Counted from the first letter of the stretch, positions 1 to 13,731 are shown. The stretch: 64,000 bases of DNA from Cyanophora paradoxa CCMP329 (GCA_004431415.1 QPMI01000106.1:62001-126000), one strand, 5' to 3'. A program made the numbers and translations. The notes: a model not told the origin generated them from the letters alone.

Positions 1-58
1 CCTCTCCCCCCCCCCTCCACCGCCCCCAACCCTCCCCTGATTACGGCGCCCTCCAAGG

Positions 59-142
59 TGCGGAGACGCTGCGGTCGCCGCCGAGATCCAGCGGCGTTAC
101 GAGAAGTCGATCCAAAGCGGCCGCCGCCGTCTGAACTCGTAG
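59..142 (+). CDS. Probable last exon of an upstream gene (CGDAAVAAEIQRRYEKSIQSGRRRLNS*), with a decayed duplicate near 469-520
   Basis: Follows a C-rich intron-like tract ending in AAG and is open to TAG. CGCCGCCGAGATCCAG recurs at about 494-509, also after a pyrimidine tract and CAG. Confidence 0.35.
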   Translation, partial: CGDAAVAAEIQRRYEKSIQSGRRRLNS

Positions 143-1538
143 GCTCGTGCGCACGCAGTGCAAGCTGCTGAGCTAGAATGTCGCTCATAATATATGGCGA
201 CGCTTCGTGATTGTTTTCGCCGCAGGTGACGCTTCTCGTAGACGGGGCGAAGCAGCTGTACATGTGCCCCCCCCCCCCCCCCCCCCAACTCCCCCCCCCC
301 TCTTCCTTACCCCTTCGAGGTAAAGTAAGCAGTGATGATCCGTGATGCATCTCGTTGACGAGGTAAACCAGCTGTGCGCCCCCTTCCCCGGCCCGGCCCG
401 GCCCCTCCCCCCTCCCTCCCCCCCCGCACCCCTTCCTCACCCCTTCTTCCTTCTTCCCCCTTCGTCAGATGCGGGGATGCCGCATGCCGCTATCGCCGCC
501 GAGATCCAGTGGCACTACTGCGATGCAGCGAAAGCATTATTTGCTTGGATAGGTCCGGCCAGGCAGGAAGGTCCTAGGATAGGTTGGATGGTGTACATGT
601 TGTGGTCCAGGCATAGCTATAGGTCCTCAAGCGTAGCTGCTGCGGCAATGCAGAGCTCCTGATTGTAATTAAGCCTGGGGATGCTGCTGTCACCGGTACT
701 ACGGTATTCGCAGCCAGGCAGGAAGCTCTGGTGACTCTCAGGCGTAGCTGCTGCGGCGAACTTCGGAAAACAATATTTGCTCGGATACATAGCTATAGCT
801 ATAGGCCAAGCGCTAGCGTAGCTGCTGCGGCGATATTGATGTCATGATGATCACAGCTGCGACAATGCAGCTGCATGCGCAGGTGTCCTAATTAATATCA
901 GTATATATATTGACTAAGGCTGATACCGGTTGTCGAGCTCAGAGCCTCGAGCCCTAGGCCTGCAGCTGCGCATGCATTTACGTATATACGTACGCATGCG
1001 CATGCGCATGCCGATGCCCTAGGCCTGCAGCTAACGTTAACGAGTGGCGAAATCAAAAAGCGATTTGCTGCAGCACTTGTGCAGCCGCCTCCGCATGCGC
1101 AGATCCGATGATCACTTGCAATTGCGATTCACAGTTAAATTCGCATCATGACATCCACCGAGTCCATATTTATTCCGGATCCGGGCGCGAGGCCAATATT
1201 ACAAGCGCACTACATGTAGAATCGCAGGTACTTTCGTATACGAATGGGGAGGATGCGCGAACGCACTAAGGGGGTGCGGGGCGTCCAGCGAAAATATGAT
1301 ACACTACCCTCGGTTCAAAACTTGCATGAAACTAGGTGCACACGAGATGAATACCAGGACAGGCGCCATAGGCGGCGACAAACGCAGGCGAGTCGCGGCA
1401 AGATTTATAGGCTGCGCGAGGCCGCGGAATGCGCGATCACGAGACCCAGCCATGGGAAGGTGGATGGGCAGGCCTGGGCGTGGGAAAGGAATCTACCTAA
1501 GCCAATCTAGGAGCGAGCTGGAAACGCGCGGGGTACAG

Positions 1539-4473
1539 TTACAAGGAGGCGCGGTGCGTGGCGGTGAAGCGGGGAGGGAAGCTGGGCTGCGCCGCGTACG
1601 CGACGGGCATCTTGGAGGCGACGGGCGTGAGCTCCTCGTCCTCCTCCTCGTCCCCCCGGGGGGTAGAGGCGTCGTCTCCCTCCGTGTGCCGCCTCCGCGC
1701 GTGCGGCACCGGCGGCGTCACAGAGATCTCCGGCAGCAGCGCCGAGAACTGCGTACCCCCGGACGCGTTAGCGTAGGGGAAAGCGGGGAGGGGGTACGAG
1801 GGCACGGACCTGGAGCTTCTTGGTGACGTGGAGGGGCGCGCGCTTGGCCGAGCCCGTCGTCGTCGAGCGCCGCGCGATCGGGGGCTCCTGGGAGGTGGAG
1901 GGGGTACCGCGTTAGCTAGCCGCGGAAGCCAGAGGGGTACGGGGGCGCACGGGGTCCGGGAGGCACATCGCAGCGAGGGCGGCCTCCTCCCGCGCGTCGC
2001 TGAGGGCCGCGATCCGCGGGTGGGCAAGAAGGGCCTGCGGGGGTACCGCGTCGGATTCCGAGCGGGGAGGGGGGTACGGGACTCGACGGCGCACGTCGGC
2101 GGTGGGGCGCTGCGAGTGGACCGGGTTGGCCATCGCGCGGATGACTTCCTCCAGCTCCCGGCTGCGGCCTGTGCCCCCCGTTCGGACCGGAGGTGGGAAG
2201 AGGAGGGGTACGTAGTTTCACGGACCGGCGGGCAGGTTGAGGGTCGCCTCGCGGAGGGCGTGCCACTCGGGGCCGCTGCTGGGTAGCTCGATGTCCGCCG
2301 CCATCTATTTTTGGAACGTGAGGGGGGCTACCGCGTCACCGGGGGCGGGGGTACGCGGACTTCGTACACGGTCATGCCGAGGGAGAAGATGTCTGCGGAG
2401 GGGATACGTCGTCAGGCGAACGGTCCCGGGCCGGGGGGGGGGGGGGGGTATGGCGGCGGCTCTCGGGCGCACCGCAGTGGGGGCCGGCGGTTCCGGAGAG
2501 CAGCTCGGGGGCCATGTACCGCGAGTCGCCTGCGGCGAAAAAGCAAGGCGTCAGCCCCGCGGGTTCGAACCCGCGTGGGGGAACGGCACGGCCCTCGCAC
2601 CCTCGCCGCCGTCCTCCAGTTTGTGGCCGGGGCGGAGCGAGATTCCGAAGTCGGCGATCTTGAGGGCCGGCCGCGCCCGCCGCAGCATGAGCAGGTTCTG
2701 CGGCTTTACGTCCAGGTGCACTGCAGGCGCCGCCGCCTCAGCGAGGGAAAGAAGAACGGAGGGGATCGGAGCAGCGCAAGGAGGGCCGGCCCACCTATGC
2801 CGCGGGAGTGGACCTGCCCCGAGCAGCCGCCGCCGTCAGACGAACCGCAAAGACAGAAAAGAGAAACAAGGAAAGAGGAAGGGGCGGCTCGCCTCCTTGA
2901 GGCCCTTGAGGACGTCCGTGAGGTAATTCCATATCTCCTCCTCCGGCAGCGGGCCCTCCCGCCACGCGAGGTACTGCGGCGCAGCGCAGCGGAGAGGGTC
3001 AGAGGCAAGACGGCGGAGAAAGGAAAGAAAGAGAAAAGAAAGGAAGAGAAGAGAAGAAGGGACCTGCTGGAGGGAGCACTCGGCGAGCTCCATTTGGATG
3101 TATATGTGGCTCGACTCCTGAGGGGAGAATAAAAGAAAGGAGGTCAGAAAGAGGCAAAACAAAGAAAGAAAGAAAGGCAGAGTTAAGAAAGGAAGAAAGA
3201 CGGACCTGCCAGGCGCGGTGGACCTGGACGATGAAGAGGTGCTCGGAGGCCATCAGCTCCGACATGTTCTTGACCTCCTGCAGCAGCCGGTCCCTACGCA
3301 GCCGTGAGCGGAGGAGGAGGAAGGAAGGAATCGCGGAGGGAAGAGCGGCGCCGGAGGGGCGCACCGCTCGACTTCGGAGTGGAACGGCCGCTTGGACCGC
3401 TTGAGGGCGTACGCGCGGCCGTTCGGTGCGTAGACGCGCCGCACGGTGAAGAAGTTCCCCTCCGCTATCACTTCGCCCTCGACGAGCGACTCGATCTCTG
3501 CGCGGCGCGCGTCGGCCTCGGCGGCGGCGGCGCGCTGAGAGTCGAGTCGCAGCGAGGCGAACGCGCACGCGCACCGTCGTCGTCCGCCTCGCACCTCCGC
3601 TTCGGGTCACGGTGCGTGGCCGGGAATGTGAAGAGAATTTGCTGCCGAGGCGACAGTCAGCGAGGCGACGCGGATGGCCAATTCGCGCACAACGGGCACA
3701 TGTGAAGGGCTCGCGGGGGCTCCGGCCCAGGGCCTAGCTAGCTGCTTTAAGATAGTAACGAAGCTATGCGATGATTCGCGAACCTTCTCCTCAAGCTCGC
3801 GCTTCACGGGCGTGCGGCGCGGGCTCGGACTCGGAGGGCACACTGGCGTAAGGGAGGCCCTGTCTCCGTGGCTCTTCGGCGATGGCTTGCATGTGAAACC
3901 GCTGTCCTCTGCGGGCAGGCAAGGGAACACGCGTTAGCGGGAGATGAGCACTCAGACATCCGCCATGGGTCATTCAGGCCAGGCGCGTGTCGGCCAGCTT
4001 ATGTGTGGCCCTAGAACGCTTTGTCGATGCATTTATGACCTATGGCCGGCGCAAGCACGGCCCGCCCATCCGCAAGATCGCAGAAGTTGCTGCTCAGCAG
4101 ATCCGATCATTCTGCCTAGAGAAGCCAGAGGGCGCGAGGCGAGCAGCCATTATGGCATACCTGGACGAGGAAGATGCCCGCGCCTCACCGGCGACGCCGC
4201 GGGCAGTCGCACTGGGCTGGCTGGGACCAGGAAGGGACTGGCCGTTGCAGCAGTCATCGGGGGCCCCAGCTTGGCGTTAGAAGAGTGCTGCTGTTGTCGC
4301 TTGGTAGTTCTGTCGTGCCGCCCGGAGCGCGTGTCTCGTTGCTGGACAAAAACGTGGAAGGTCTCGTTGCTACTGTTTTGAAGACCTGGGTACAAGGGTT
4401 TTAAAGCTTCATCCCCCCCCTTAAAAACGTCGCTCCAATTCGTCCGCCGCCCCACCGCGGCCTCGCTCTGCAT
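1539..4473 (-). CDS. WEE1: Wee1/Myt1-family protein kinase, multi-exon
   Basis: Spliced motifs: IAEGNFFTVRRV, YALKRSKRPF, LLQEVKNM, HIYIQMELAECSL, VHLDVKPQNLL, KIADFGIS, EGDSRYMAPELL, ADIFSLGMTVYE, ELPSSGPEWHALR. N-terminus is SP/TP-rich. Start at ATG 4473 is tentative. Confidence 0.85.
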
Positions 4474-4853
4474 CGCGATATCGCGTACGCGTCAGGCGCC
4501 GTCAGCAAGCAGCGGCGATGAGTTTGCAGCGCAGCTGCTCGACCTGCATGCCGCCGCCCGGGGGCCGCGCCCCGCTTCTCAGCGCTCTCGAGCTCGATTC
4601 CTCCTCTCAGAGTCCGCTGCCCGCTAGGATGATCAAGATCAAGATCAACGTTCCGGGTCGTTGCGTGCCATTTGGGAGTCGCGTCGGATCGGCGCGCCAG
4701 TGCGGCGCTGAACGGCTGTGAGGCGGCAAACAGACGTGTCTTCTCGTTTGAAGTGCGGTCGAGCGGCCGCGGGCGCGTCCAGCCAACCGAATCATCGAAG
4801 TGATTCTGCGCGAAGGAGCGGTAGCTGCTTAGTGTGCAGTCTTCCAATCCGAG

Positions 4854-7267
4854 ATGGCGGCCGCGGACACAACCGGCAACGTTAACGATGTCGAAGCGGG
4901 CGGAGTGCCCAGACAGTCTCCTCACTGGCGGAAGCTGCGGCTTGCGGTTCGATCCAGCAGCGCATTTGTTGACAGGTTCGTTTCGTACTGCCGCCTGCGT
5001 GCCTGTGTCGCATTGCCGGGCGCTGCTCAACCGGCAGCTCGTACGCGTCCGCAGGAAGTGGGGCCATGGGCTGTTCTCGCAGGGCTTCCAGCACATGTTC
5101 CTTCGCTCTGCGACGATGCGGACGCGCAAGGCCGAGAGCGCCGCCCCTTCGGAGACCACGCCGCTCCTGCCGGCCGCGCCCGCGCAGGCGGGTGCGGCAG
5201 ACGCTAAGGACGAGATGATGCACGGCGACGCGACCGTCTTTCAGTCCATCTCGAACAGCGTGAACATCCTGCTCGGCATCGGTGCGCGCCCCGGGTTCTG
5301 TAGATCAAATCTGCAGCTCACCGCCCCGTCCGCCAGGCGTGCTGGCGCTGCCCTTCTCCCTGCGCATGGCCGGCTGGTCGGGACTGCTCTGGCTCGTCTT
5401 CCTGGGCGTCCTGGTGCGCCCCGCGTCCGGGCGCGGCCGCCAGCGCGCCCCGCCGATGCGGCGCGCCCGCAGATGGCGTACACCGCAAAGCTGATGGGCC
5501 GCTGCATGCTGGAGACACACTGCCTCTCGTACCCCGACCTGGCTGAAGCGGCCATGGGCCACTTCGGCCGCTGGATGGTCTCCGCCATCCTCTACTTCGG
5601 TTCGAATCCTGCCGGCGCCCCTTCCGGAAGCGAGCGAGCCGTACCCCGCAGAGCTCTTCTCGATGCTCGTCATCTTCATCATCATGGAGGGGGAGAACCT
5701 CCACAAGGCCCGCGCAATCACGTATCCCCCTCCCCGCCCGGCCGGGCTGACGTACCCCCCGCCAGATCTTCCCCGAGGTGCCGCTCCTGACATTCATGGT
5801 GGGTACGGCGGTCCTCGTGCTGCCCACGGCCTGGATGCGGGACCTTTCCTGGATCTCTTACATCTCCTCCGTCGGCGTCGTTGCCGCACGTGCGCCATTC
5901 CGTACCCCCCGGTGCACCGGCGTACCCCCGACGCCCGCCCGGCAGTGACGCTCATCGGAGTCGTCCTCACGAAGGCGGCGGTCGTCATTGGCGTCGAGGC
6001 GAGCCCGTACCCCCCCGCGGCTCGGCCCCCCGCGGCGGGCCCCTGAGGCCCCTGCGCAGGGGACCCCCGTGGGCCCCCTCCTCGACCGCACGTCCTTCGT
6101 CTCGGACTGGGCGACGTGCGCCGGCCCCGTACCCCCGGAAGCTCTCGTACCCCAGCCGACCCGCGCCCCGCCCTCCGCAGGGTTCCGATCGCCTTTGGGC
6201 TCATGACCTTCTCCGTCGGCGGTCACGCTGTGGTGAGCCTGAGCCGGCTCGATCGGCAACCCCGCCGGTGGCCGAGCAGCTGATCCGCGCCGTGCCCCCC
6301 CCCTCGGTCAGTTCCCCTCGATCAACGCGTCGATGCGGGAGCCCGAGAAGTTCGACCGGGTGGTCGATATCTCCTACCTCGTCGTCCTCTTGGCGTACCC
6401 CTCCCCACGATCCCCCTTACCCCATTGTCAATCTGACCCGGCTCCCTCTGTCGCAGGTACGGCGCCATGGCGGGGGCGGGGTACGTCCTCTTCGGGCCCA
6501 AAGTCTCGCCCCAGATCACGGTACCCCGGGAGCCTTCATGCACGCCTTCGTGCTCGGCTCTAACAATGTACCCCAGCTGGACCTGACGGGCATATACGGT
6601 ACCCTGGGCACGTGCCTCATCCTCATCGCCCCCCTCACCAAGTTCTCCCTCAACTGCAACCCCGTCGCCGTGCGCCCCGTACCCCCGCCCCGGCCCACCC
6701 GTACCCCCCTCCCCCGACGCGGGCGCTGTATCCCCAGTTCGGCATCGAGGAGTGGTTCGGGATCGGGGACTGCGAGGGGGACCGGGACGGGAGCGTCCCG
6801 GCCTCCAAGCGCGCGGCGCGCCTCGCCGTCCGCACGTCGCTTGTCGTCGCTGCGCTCTTCGTCGCCATCGCGGTACCCGCCTCCCTCTCGCCTCGGCCGC
6901 ACCGTACCCCCCGCCGACCGCGCCCGGGCCGGGCGCAGTGCCCCTCGTTCGGACTCGTCGTCGCTGTGGTCGGCTCCTTCGCATCGATGGCAGTCGCCGC
7001 GTGCGCCGTGTCCCGCCCGCGCGCCCCTTGCCGCCCCTCGCGCCGTCTCACCGGTACCCCTCCAGCATCTTCCCCCCCATGCTGTACCTCGGCATCTTCC
7101 GCGGCCGCCTCCCCGCGTGGGAGGTCGCGCTCAGGTGCCGCCGTACCCCCCCGCGCGCTCGCGGCGCCCCGCGTGGTGACGCGTACCCCCGCAGCGTCTT
7201 CGCGGCGCTCGTGGGCGTCGCGTGCGCCGCGACGGGTACCCTGGCGTCGCTCGCGAACCTGAGCTGA
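4854..7267 (+). CDS. Amino-acid transporter (Aa_trans / AVT1-like, probably vacuolar), copy 1
   Basis: Exons read ATVFQSISNSVNILLGIG|VLALPFSLRMAGWSGLLWLVFLGVL|MAYTAKLMGRCM..SYPDLAEAAMG..FSVGGHAV|FPSINASMREPEKFDRVVD..PLTKFSL..FGLVVAVVGSF. Acidic dileucine motif ETTPLL. Introns are GT/GC-AG. Stop TGA ends at 7267. Confidence 0.9.
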
Positions 7268-7937
7268 CCGTGGACTGCCCACCCGACCCGTTGGTCGTAG
7301 CCTAGTAGTTTATTATTCTCTTTCCCATTCGTTATTTGGCGTGAGCGCTTAAGCTTGCCGCGTTCATGCACCTGTATATTCAACCGCGCTTAATTAGTAG
7401 TTTGCGTGACTTATAGCTAACTGACCCCACCACCGCTGCGCTTTCTGGGCTGAGCGAATGCTCTCCTGCGCTGAGCGAGGGCTGGAATTTGTGGACATGG
7501 CATCAAATTTTGCGCTATAGCTAGCGCTGCGATTCCGGACGCCGACAGCGGCCAATTCACAGTGTCAACCGCGCCAATTGCGTTCATCATATGCATCCTC
7601 ATGATCGATTCGAGACTTCACGTGCTTTGGGGCAAACGCCGGCGCCGGCCGCCGGGCGCGCGCCGGCTGGTGCATGCGGCGGTGCCGCCCGGCGCCGGCG
7701 GCCGGGCCGGCGAAGCTTAAGGCGCCGGCAAGGATGGGGCCTGTCAGTGCCTGTCACAGACTCACAGTGTAGCCGGGCCGCGGGCCGGGCGGCGGACGCG
7801 GCCCTGCGGGGCCGCCGGCGCCGCCGTGCCGGCGACAGCGCTTTCTTCGGACAGGGGGTACGCCTTAATTCGGCAAGCTGACGGCGGCAAGCGAGCCGGC
7901 TGAAAGCCTGCGGGCGGCGGATCGCGGCGGTGCCTGC

Positions 7938-10356
7938 GTGCCGAGCGCTGCAGCTACGATCCGATCCCCCGCCGTCCCCGCATCTCGACTCAGTGGAGTC
8001 CCCGAACCACGGCACACTCGGCGGCAAAGGCGGCACGGCCGCAGGAAATGCGGCAGCGGCCTGTTCTCACACGGCTTCCAGCACATGTTCCTCATCTCTG
8101 CGGATGTACATGTGCGGCGGCGAAAGGCCGAGGCATCGGTCCCTTCGGAGACCACGCCGCTCCTACCGGCCGCGGCCGCGTTCGCCGCAGGAACGGCAGA
8201 TGCGGATATGCGGCCGCGCAAGGCCGAGGGCACGGCCCTCTCGGAGACCGCGCCGCTCCTGCCGGCCGCGTTCGCTGCGGGAGCGGTGGACACGAAGGAC
8301 GAGATGATGCACGGCGACGCGACCGTATTCCAATCCATCTCAAACAGCGTGAACATCCTGCTCGGCATCGGTGCGCGCCCCGTGTTCTGTAGATCAAATC
8401 TGCGGTTCACCGGCCCGTCCGCCAGGCGTGCTGGCGTTGCCCTTCTCCCTGCGCATGGCCGGCTGGTCAGGTCTACTCTGGCTCGTCTTCTTGGGCGTCC
8501 TGGTGCGCCCCGCGTCCGGCGCGGCCGTCAGCGCCCCGCCGATGCGGCGCGCCCGCAGATGGCGTACACGGCGAAACTGATGGGCCGCTGCATGCTGGAG
8601 ACCCGCTTCGTATCGTACCCTGATCTGGCTGAGGCGGCCATGGGCCACTTCGGCCGCTGGATGGTCTCCGCCATCCTCTACTTCGGTTCGAATCCCGCCG
8701 GCGCCCCTTTCGGCAGCGAGCGAGCCGTACCCCGCAGAGCTCTTCTCGATGCTCGTCATCTTCATCATCATGGAGGGGGAGAACCTCCACAAGGCCCGCG
8801 CAATCACGTATCCCCCTCCCCGCCGGCCGGGCTGACGTACCCCCCGCCAGATCTTCCCCGAGGTGCCACTCCTGACATTCATGGTGGGTACGGCGGTCCT
8901 CGTGCTGCCCACGGCCTGGATGCGGGACCTTTCCTGGATCTCTTACATCTCCTCCGTCGGCGTCGTTTCCGCACGTGCGCCATTCCGTACCCCCCCTGCA
9001 CCGGCGTACCCCCGACGCCCGCCCGGCAGTGACGCTCATCGGAGTCGTCCTCACGAAGGCGGCGGTCGTCATTGGCGTCGAGGCGAGCCCGTACCCCCCC
9101 GCGGCTCGGCCCCCCACGGCGGGCCCCTGAGGCCCCTGCGCAGGGGACCCCCGTGGGCCCCCTCCTCGACCGCACGTCCTTCGTCTCGGACTGGGCGACG
9201 TGCGCCGGCCCCGTACCCCCCGGAAGCTCTCGTACCCCCAGCCGACCCGCGCCCCGCCCTCCGCAGGGTTCCGATCGCCTTTGGGCTCATGACCTTCTCC
9301 GTCGGCGGTCACGCTGTGGTGAGCCTGAGCCGGCTCGATCGGCAACCCCGCCGGTGGCCGAGCAGCTGATCCGCGCCGTGCCCCCCCCCTCGGTCAGTTC
9401 CCGTCGATCAACGCGTCGATGCGGGAGCCCGAGAAGTTCGACCGGGTGGTCGATATCTCCTACCTCGTCGTCCTCCTCGCGTACCCCTCCCCCGATCCCA
9501 CCCTCCACCCTCTTTTCCAATCTGACCTGGCGCCCTCGGTCGCAGGTACGGTGCTGTGGCGGGGGCGGGGTACATCCTCTTCGGGCCCAACGTCTCCCCC
9601 CAGATCACGGTACCCCAGGAGCCTTCATGCGCGCCTTCGTGCTCGGCTCTAACAATGTACCCCAGCTGGACCTGACGGGTATATACGGTACCCTGGGCAC
9701 CTGCCTCATCCTCATCGCCCCCCTCACCAAGTTCTCCCTCAACTGCAACCCCGTCGCCGTGCGCCCCGTACCCCCGCCCCGGCCCACCCGTACCCCCCTC
9801 CCCCGACGCGGGCGCTGTACCCCCAGTTCGGCATCGAGGAGTGGTTCGGGATCGGGGACTGCGAGGGGGACCGGGACGGGAGCGTCCCGGCCTCCAAGCG
9901 CGCGGCGCGCCTCGCCGTCCGCACGTCGCTTGTCGTCGCTGCGCTCTTCGTCGCCATCGCGGTACCCACCTCCCTCTCGCCTCGGCCGCACCGTACCCCC
10001 CGCCGACCGCGCCCGGGCCGGGCGCAGTGCCCCTCGTTCGGACTCGTCGTCGCTGTGGTCGGCTCCTTCGCATCGATGGCAGTCGCCGCGTGCGCCGTGT
10101 CCCGCCCGCGCGCCCCTTGCCGCCCCTGGCGCCGTCTCACCGGTACCCCTCCAGCATCTTCCCCCCCATGCTGTACCTCGGCATCTTCCGCGGCCGCCTC
10201 CCCGCGTGGGAGGTCGCGCTCAGGTGCCGCCGTACCCCCCCGCGCGCTCGCGGCGCCCCGCGCGGTGACGCGTACCCCCGCAGCGTCTTCGCGGCGCTCG
10301 TGGGCGTCGCGTGCGCCGCGACGGGTACCCTGGCGTCGCTCGCGAACCTGAGCTGA
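7938..10356 (+). CDS. Amino-acid transporter, tandem copy 2 (start uncertain)
   Basis: Exons and introns are nearly identical to copy 1 from about 8036 onward. The 5' end differs and contains a duplicated RKAE..SET(T/A)PLLPAA segment. Confidence 0.85.
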
Positions 10357-10528
10357 CCGTCGACTGCCCACCGGATCCGCGGCCTTCGTTATTCTCTCTC
10401 CCAATCTTTTTTTTGTGCCGCGTTCATGCAGCTAGGTCTGTATATTCAACCGTGCTTATTTGTTTGCGTGACCTAATAGCCGGTTGTCACAGTGTGTGCA
10501 TGACAGTGCATCATATGCATCCGAGAGT

Positions 10529-10916
10529 TTAGATTTCCGCACGGGGCGGCGGCGCCGGCGCGGCGGGCGGCACCGCGGCTCGCCGGGCGGGGCCACCGGG
10601 CGGGAGGCTCGGCTGGCGGCGGCGCGGCTCCGAGGGCTCGCCGCACGGGCGGCGGCACCGCGGCGGGCGGCACCGCAGCTCGCGGCGTGGACCCCGGCAG
10701 GGCGGAGGCGCGGCGGGCGCCGCCGCCGAGCTCGCCGCGTGGGGCGGCGGCGCGGTGGGCGGTATCGCGGCTCGCCGGGCGGGGCGGGAGGGTCGGCGGG
10801 CGGAGGCACGCACGGCGCCCCGGCGGGCAGCGGCGCGGCTCGCGGTACGGGGTGTAGGCGCGCGGGCGGGAGGCTCGGCGGGCGGCGGCGTGGCTCTAGA
10901 TCTCCGCACGGGGCCG
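10529..10916. repeat. GC-rich degenerate repeat block bounded by ~18-bp direct repeats TAGAT(T/C)TCCGCACGGGGC
   Basis: Boundary repeats at about 10530 and 10897. Internal recurrences of GCGGCTCGCCGGGCGGGGC and GGGAGGCTCGGC. Confidence 0.4.
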
Positions 10917-12029
10917 CCATCCTCCCAGGGTGCTTGTGCCCATTCCCGATAGCTTGCATGTACAGACACCGTGTGTGACCCCAGTTCCAAATTAAAATTC
11001 TCATATATATATATCTTGTTTTGTCTCTCCAAATTAAAGTTCCAGCTGTACGTATCTTGTCTCGGTGTGTGCGATCGCGAGTTCCTCCCCCCCCGGGCCC
11101 GATCTGCGGCAGCTTCTAGGCTCTGCAATCCGACTCGAGCTCGTTTCGAGCTCAAGCATTTGGAGGAAGACATCAATTACAAGCGCATGCGCAGCGCTAG
11201 CAGATCTAGATCTGTAGCTAGAAGCGCAGAGAGGTAACAGTACTCAGTTGCTAGCTAGTAGCTACAGCTGTAGTAATCAAGTGGCAATTGCAAGCACGTG
11301 CACATCATGGCATGCCATATGCATGGCCATGTAAAAAAAACAGCTTGTGAAAAACACAAGGGCATAAGCGAAAAAACAGCTTGTGCAAATCTGAGACAGA
11401 CAGACCGTCGGATCGGACTGCTGTTACACTCGGAGCCTCGGAGACAGATTTGCGGCAGCGGAAAGTACAGATGTAGTGTGATCAAAGAGCTATCCGATGA
11501 TCACTATAGCTAGTTATGATGATGATATACATCATATTATAAGCTGACGTTTACAAGTGAAACTGATAGAAAAGGAAGAAGCTGAAGAGAACTTGACTGA
11601 TCGAAAGGCTCTTCGAATTCACTGAGTCATCGACATCAAATTACTAAAAGCTTCATGAAAGCGTTAACTGCCAGACAGAAATAGATCTAGAAATACATCT
11701 GAAAGCCTCAAACGGTAGAAAAGTGCATGCGTATAGAGAAAGACAGTCGACAAGCTTAAGTACAATCGCAAGGACAGCGCTATCCGCAATTGCAAGGAAA
11801 GATAAGAATCATTGAATGCTGAAAGCTTCAAAAGACTCATGATCAGGCCCTGAGGGCGAGATATACGTGGAAGACGAAAATAGCCTAAACGAAGCTAGAC
11901 GAAGACTAAGAGAAGGTGAAAGAATGAGACATAGATCTAGCTAGAGAATGTTTCAGCATGATTACATGCATATGTACATGTTACAGAATCGACATGCTTT
12001 TCGTCGATCGACACTCACGATCGCTAGCG

Positions 12030-13731
12030 CTATTTGTGAAGATCTAGAGTCGGAGGAGCGGCGCCGGCTTCGGGCATAGGCTTGAAGGTTTTAAAGGAAG
12101 CTTCGGAGTTCGGTGCTGAGACTGACAGCTGCTGCGGCTCAGGCGCCGGCGCCATCGATATCTGGCAATCTGAGGATATCGATCCGGACGGGCTGTCGCG
12201 TGCATTACTGGCCATGGCCATGGGCGCCTCTTCCTCGTCCTCGAATCGGGTCTCCATGGCCAGCGTCTTCTTAAGATCTTCGAGTTTCTTCAATTCGCCG
12301 TCAATGAAACTGTTGATTGCCCCCAAAATGCGCTCGAAAGCACTATTAACATTAACGTCAGCCGGCGCCTGCTGCAATCATCAGCACTGCAGTTGGCGTC
12401 GTGATTCCTGCACCGAAGTCCATTCACCTTCCCATCGCGATCGGCGTTCGCGATCGAGGTTCGAGCGAAGAAGGAGAGAAGTCGAGCGAAGATTCCAGAG
12501 CGGCTGCGATTGTTGGTAAAACTCGACACCTGTGGAGACGAGTTAATATTCGAAAGAGAACTGAAGTGTCATCAGGGTTAATGTCTCAAATCGAACCAGG
12601 TTGGCCGGAAATTCTTTGTAGAAGGTAAGGACAGCTTCCTGCGCACACTCAGGATCAGTTAACTTCGCGTGGATTGCAATTATTCGAGTAGGCTTTTAGA
12701 TAGAAGTTGACATTAATATTGAACGCACTGCATATTTGAGAAAATTGTAAACGGCCTGTTCTTGAGTGCTGGTTAGCTCAGGATCACGTGCGCCACTTCC
12801 AGCCCCATGGTCGTGGCCAGCTGCGTCCTTTGGAAGCTGGAGGGTTTTCCGTACAGCTTTCGCCTGCGTGCCAAGCCTGTCAAACTTTCTCCGATATATA
12901 TATACATACATACATATGAATATTCTGAAGCTCGACACTCACCTCTCGTACGAGTCCGGTCAGAGGAGCCTGCCGCAATGTATTTTTCAGCAGCGAAAAC
13001 GACCGAAATTAAGCAAGCAGCGCACAAGCGCGTTGGCGGCCAGTTCTGGCAGCTTTTTTAAATCCGCACTGCCGTCCGCGAGCTTCTCAAGCTCATCGTT
13101 GATTATTCCGGAAATGCTGTTGACGATGGTTTCAATGTCCTGTGCAAGGGTACGCGGGAATCAGCATCGAACGCCGCAAAGCTTTTCTTGTCGCACTTGA
13201 AGTGACGGAGTACTCGTGTCGGCATCCAATAGCACAATTGTAGATTGACCACGATCATGAGCTATGGGACCCGTCGCGGAGCTCCCAAGAAGTTGATTGA
13301 ACAATGTCTTGCACTTGGCCAGTTTCGGGGGAGTCGGTTCTGGAGCCACCTTACGCGTTCGAGCACTGTTTTCGGAGAGTTGTTTTTGAGCCTCGCGACC
13401 GAAGCTGATTCTCAATTCTTTCTGCGGTGCGCATATGCAAACGAAAGTCAGTTGTTGCAAGCTTCGGGCGCCATGCACCGATACGTATACCGCTCACCAG
13501 TGTGCGCAGCAGATCATCGAAACCCTTCGTTTTCTTTTTCTGAATGCGCAAACGCGTCAATCGTTTGGATACGCGATAACGTACGCGTCGAAAGAGCACC
13601 AGTTCACTAAGCTTCTTCAAAGTGCCCGCTAAAGCCAAGAGAATAACACCGCGCTTCCAAAATGCCGCGAAGACTCCGACGACCACGACTGGACCACCGG
13701 CGCCAGCGGCGGGCACAACCTGGGCGTGCAT
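12030..13731 (-). pseudogene. Decayed multi-exon gene of lower GC, function unknown (helical segments)
   Basis: Protein-like pieces (AFERILGAINSFIDGELKKLEDLKK; ISGIINDELEKLADG; KKLSELVLFRRVRY) are interrupted by stops and palindromic insertions. Confidence 0.4.

Noticed and set aside
540-840. Three copies of GCGTAGCTGCTGCGGC as a structured array
   Set aside because: Irregular spacing with related intervening sequence. It looks like a decayed tandem duplication.
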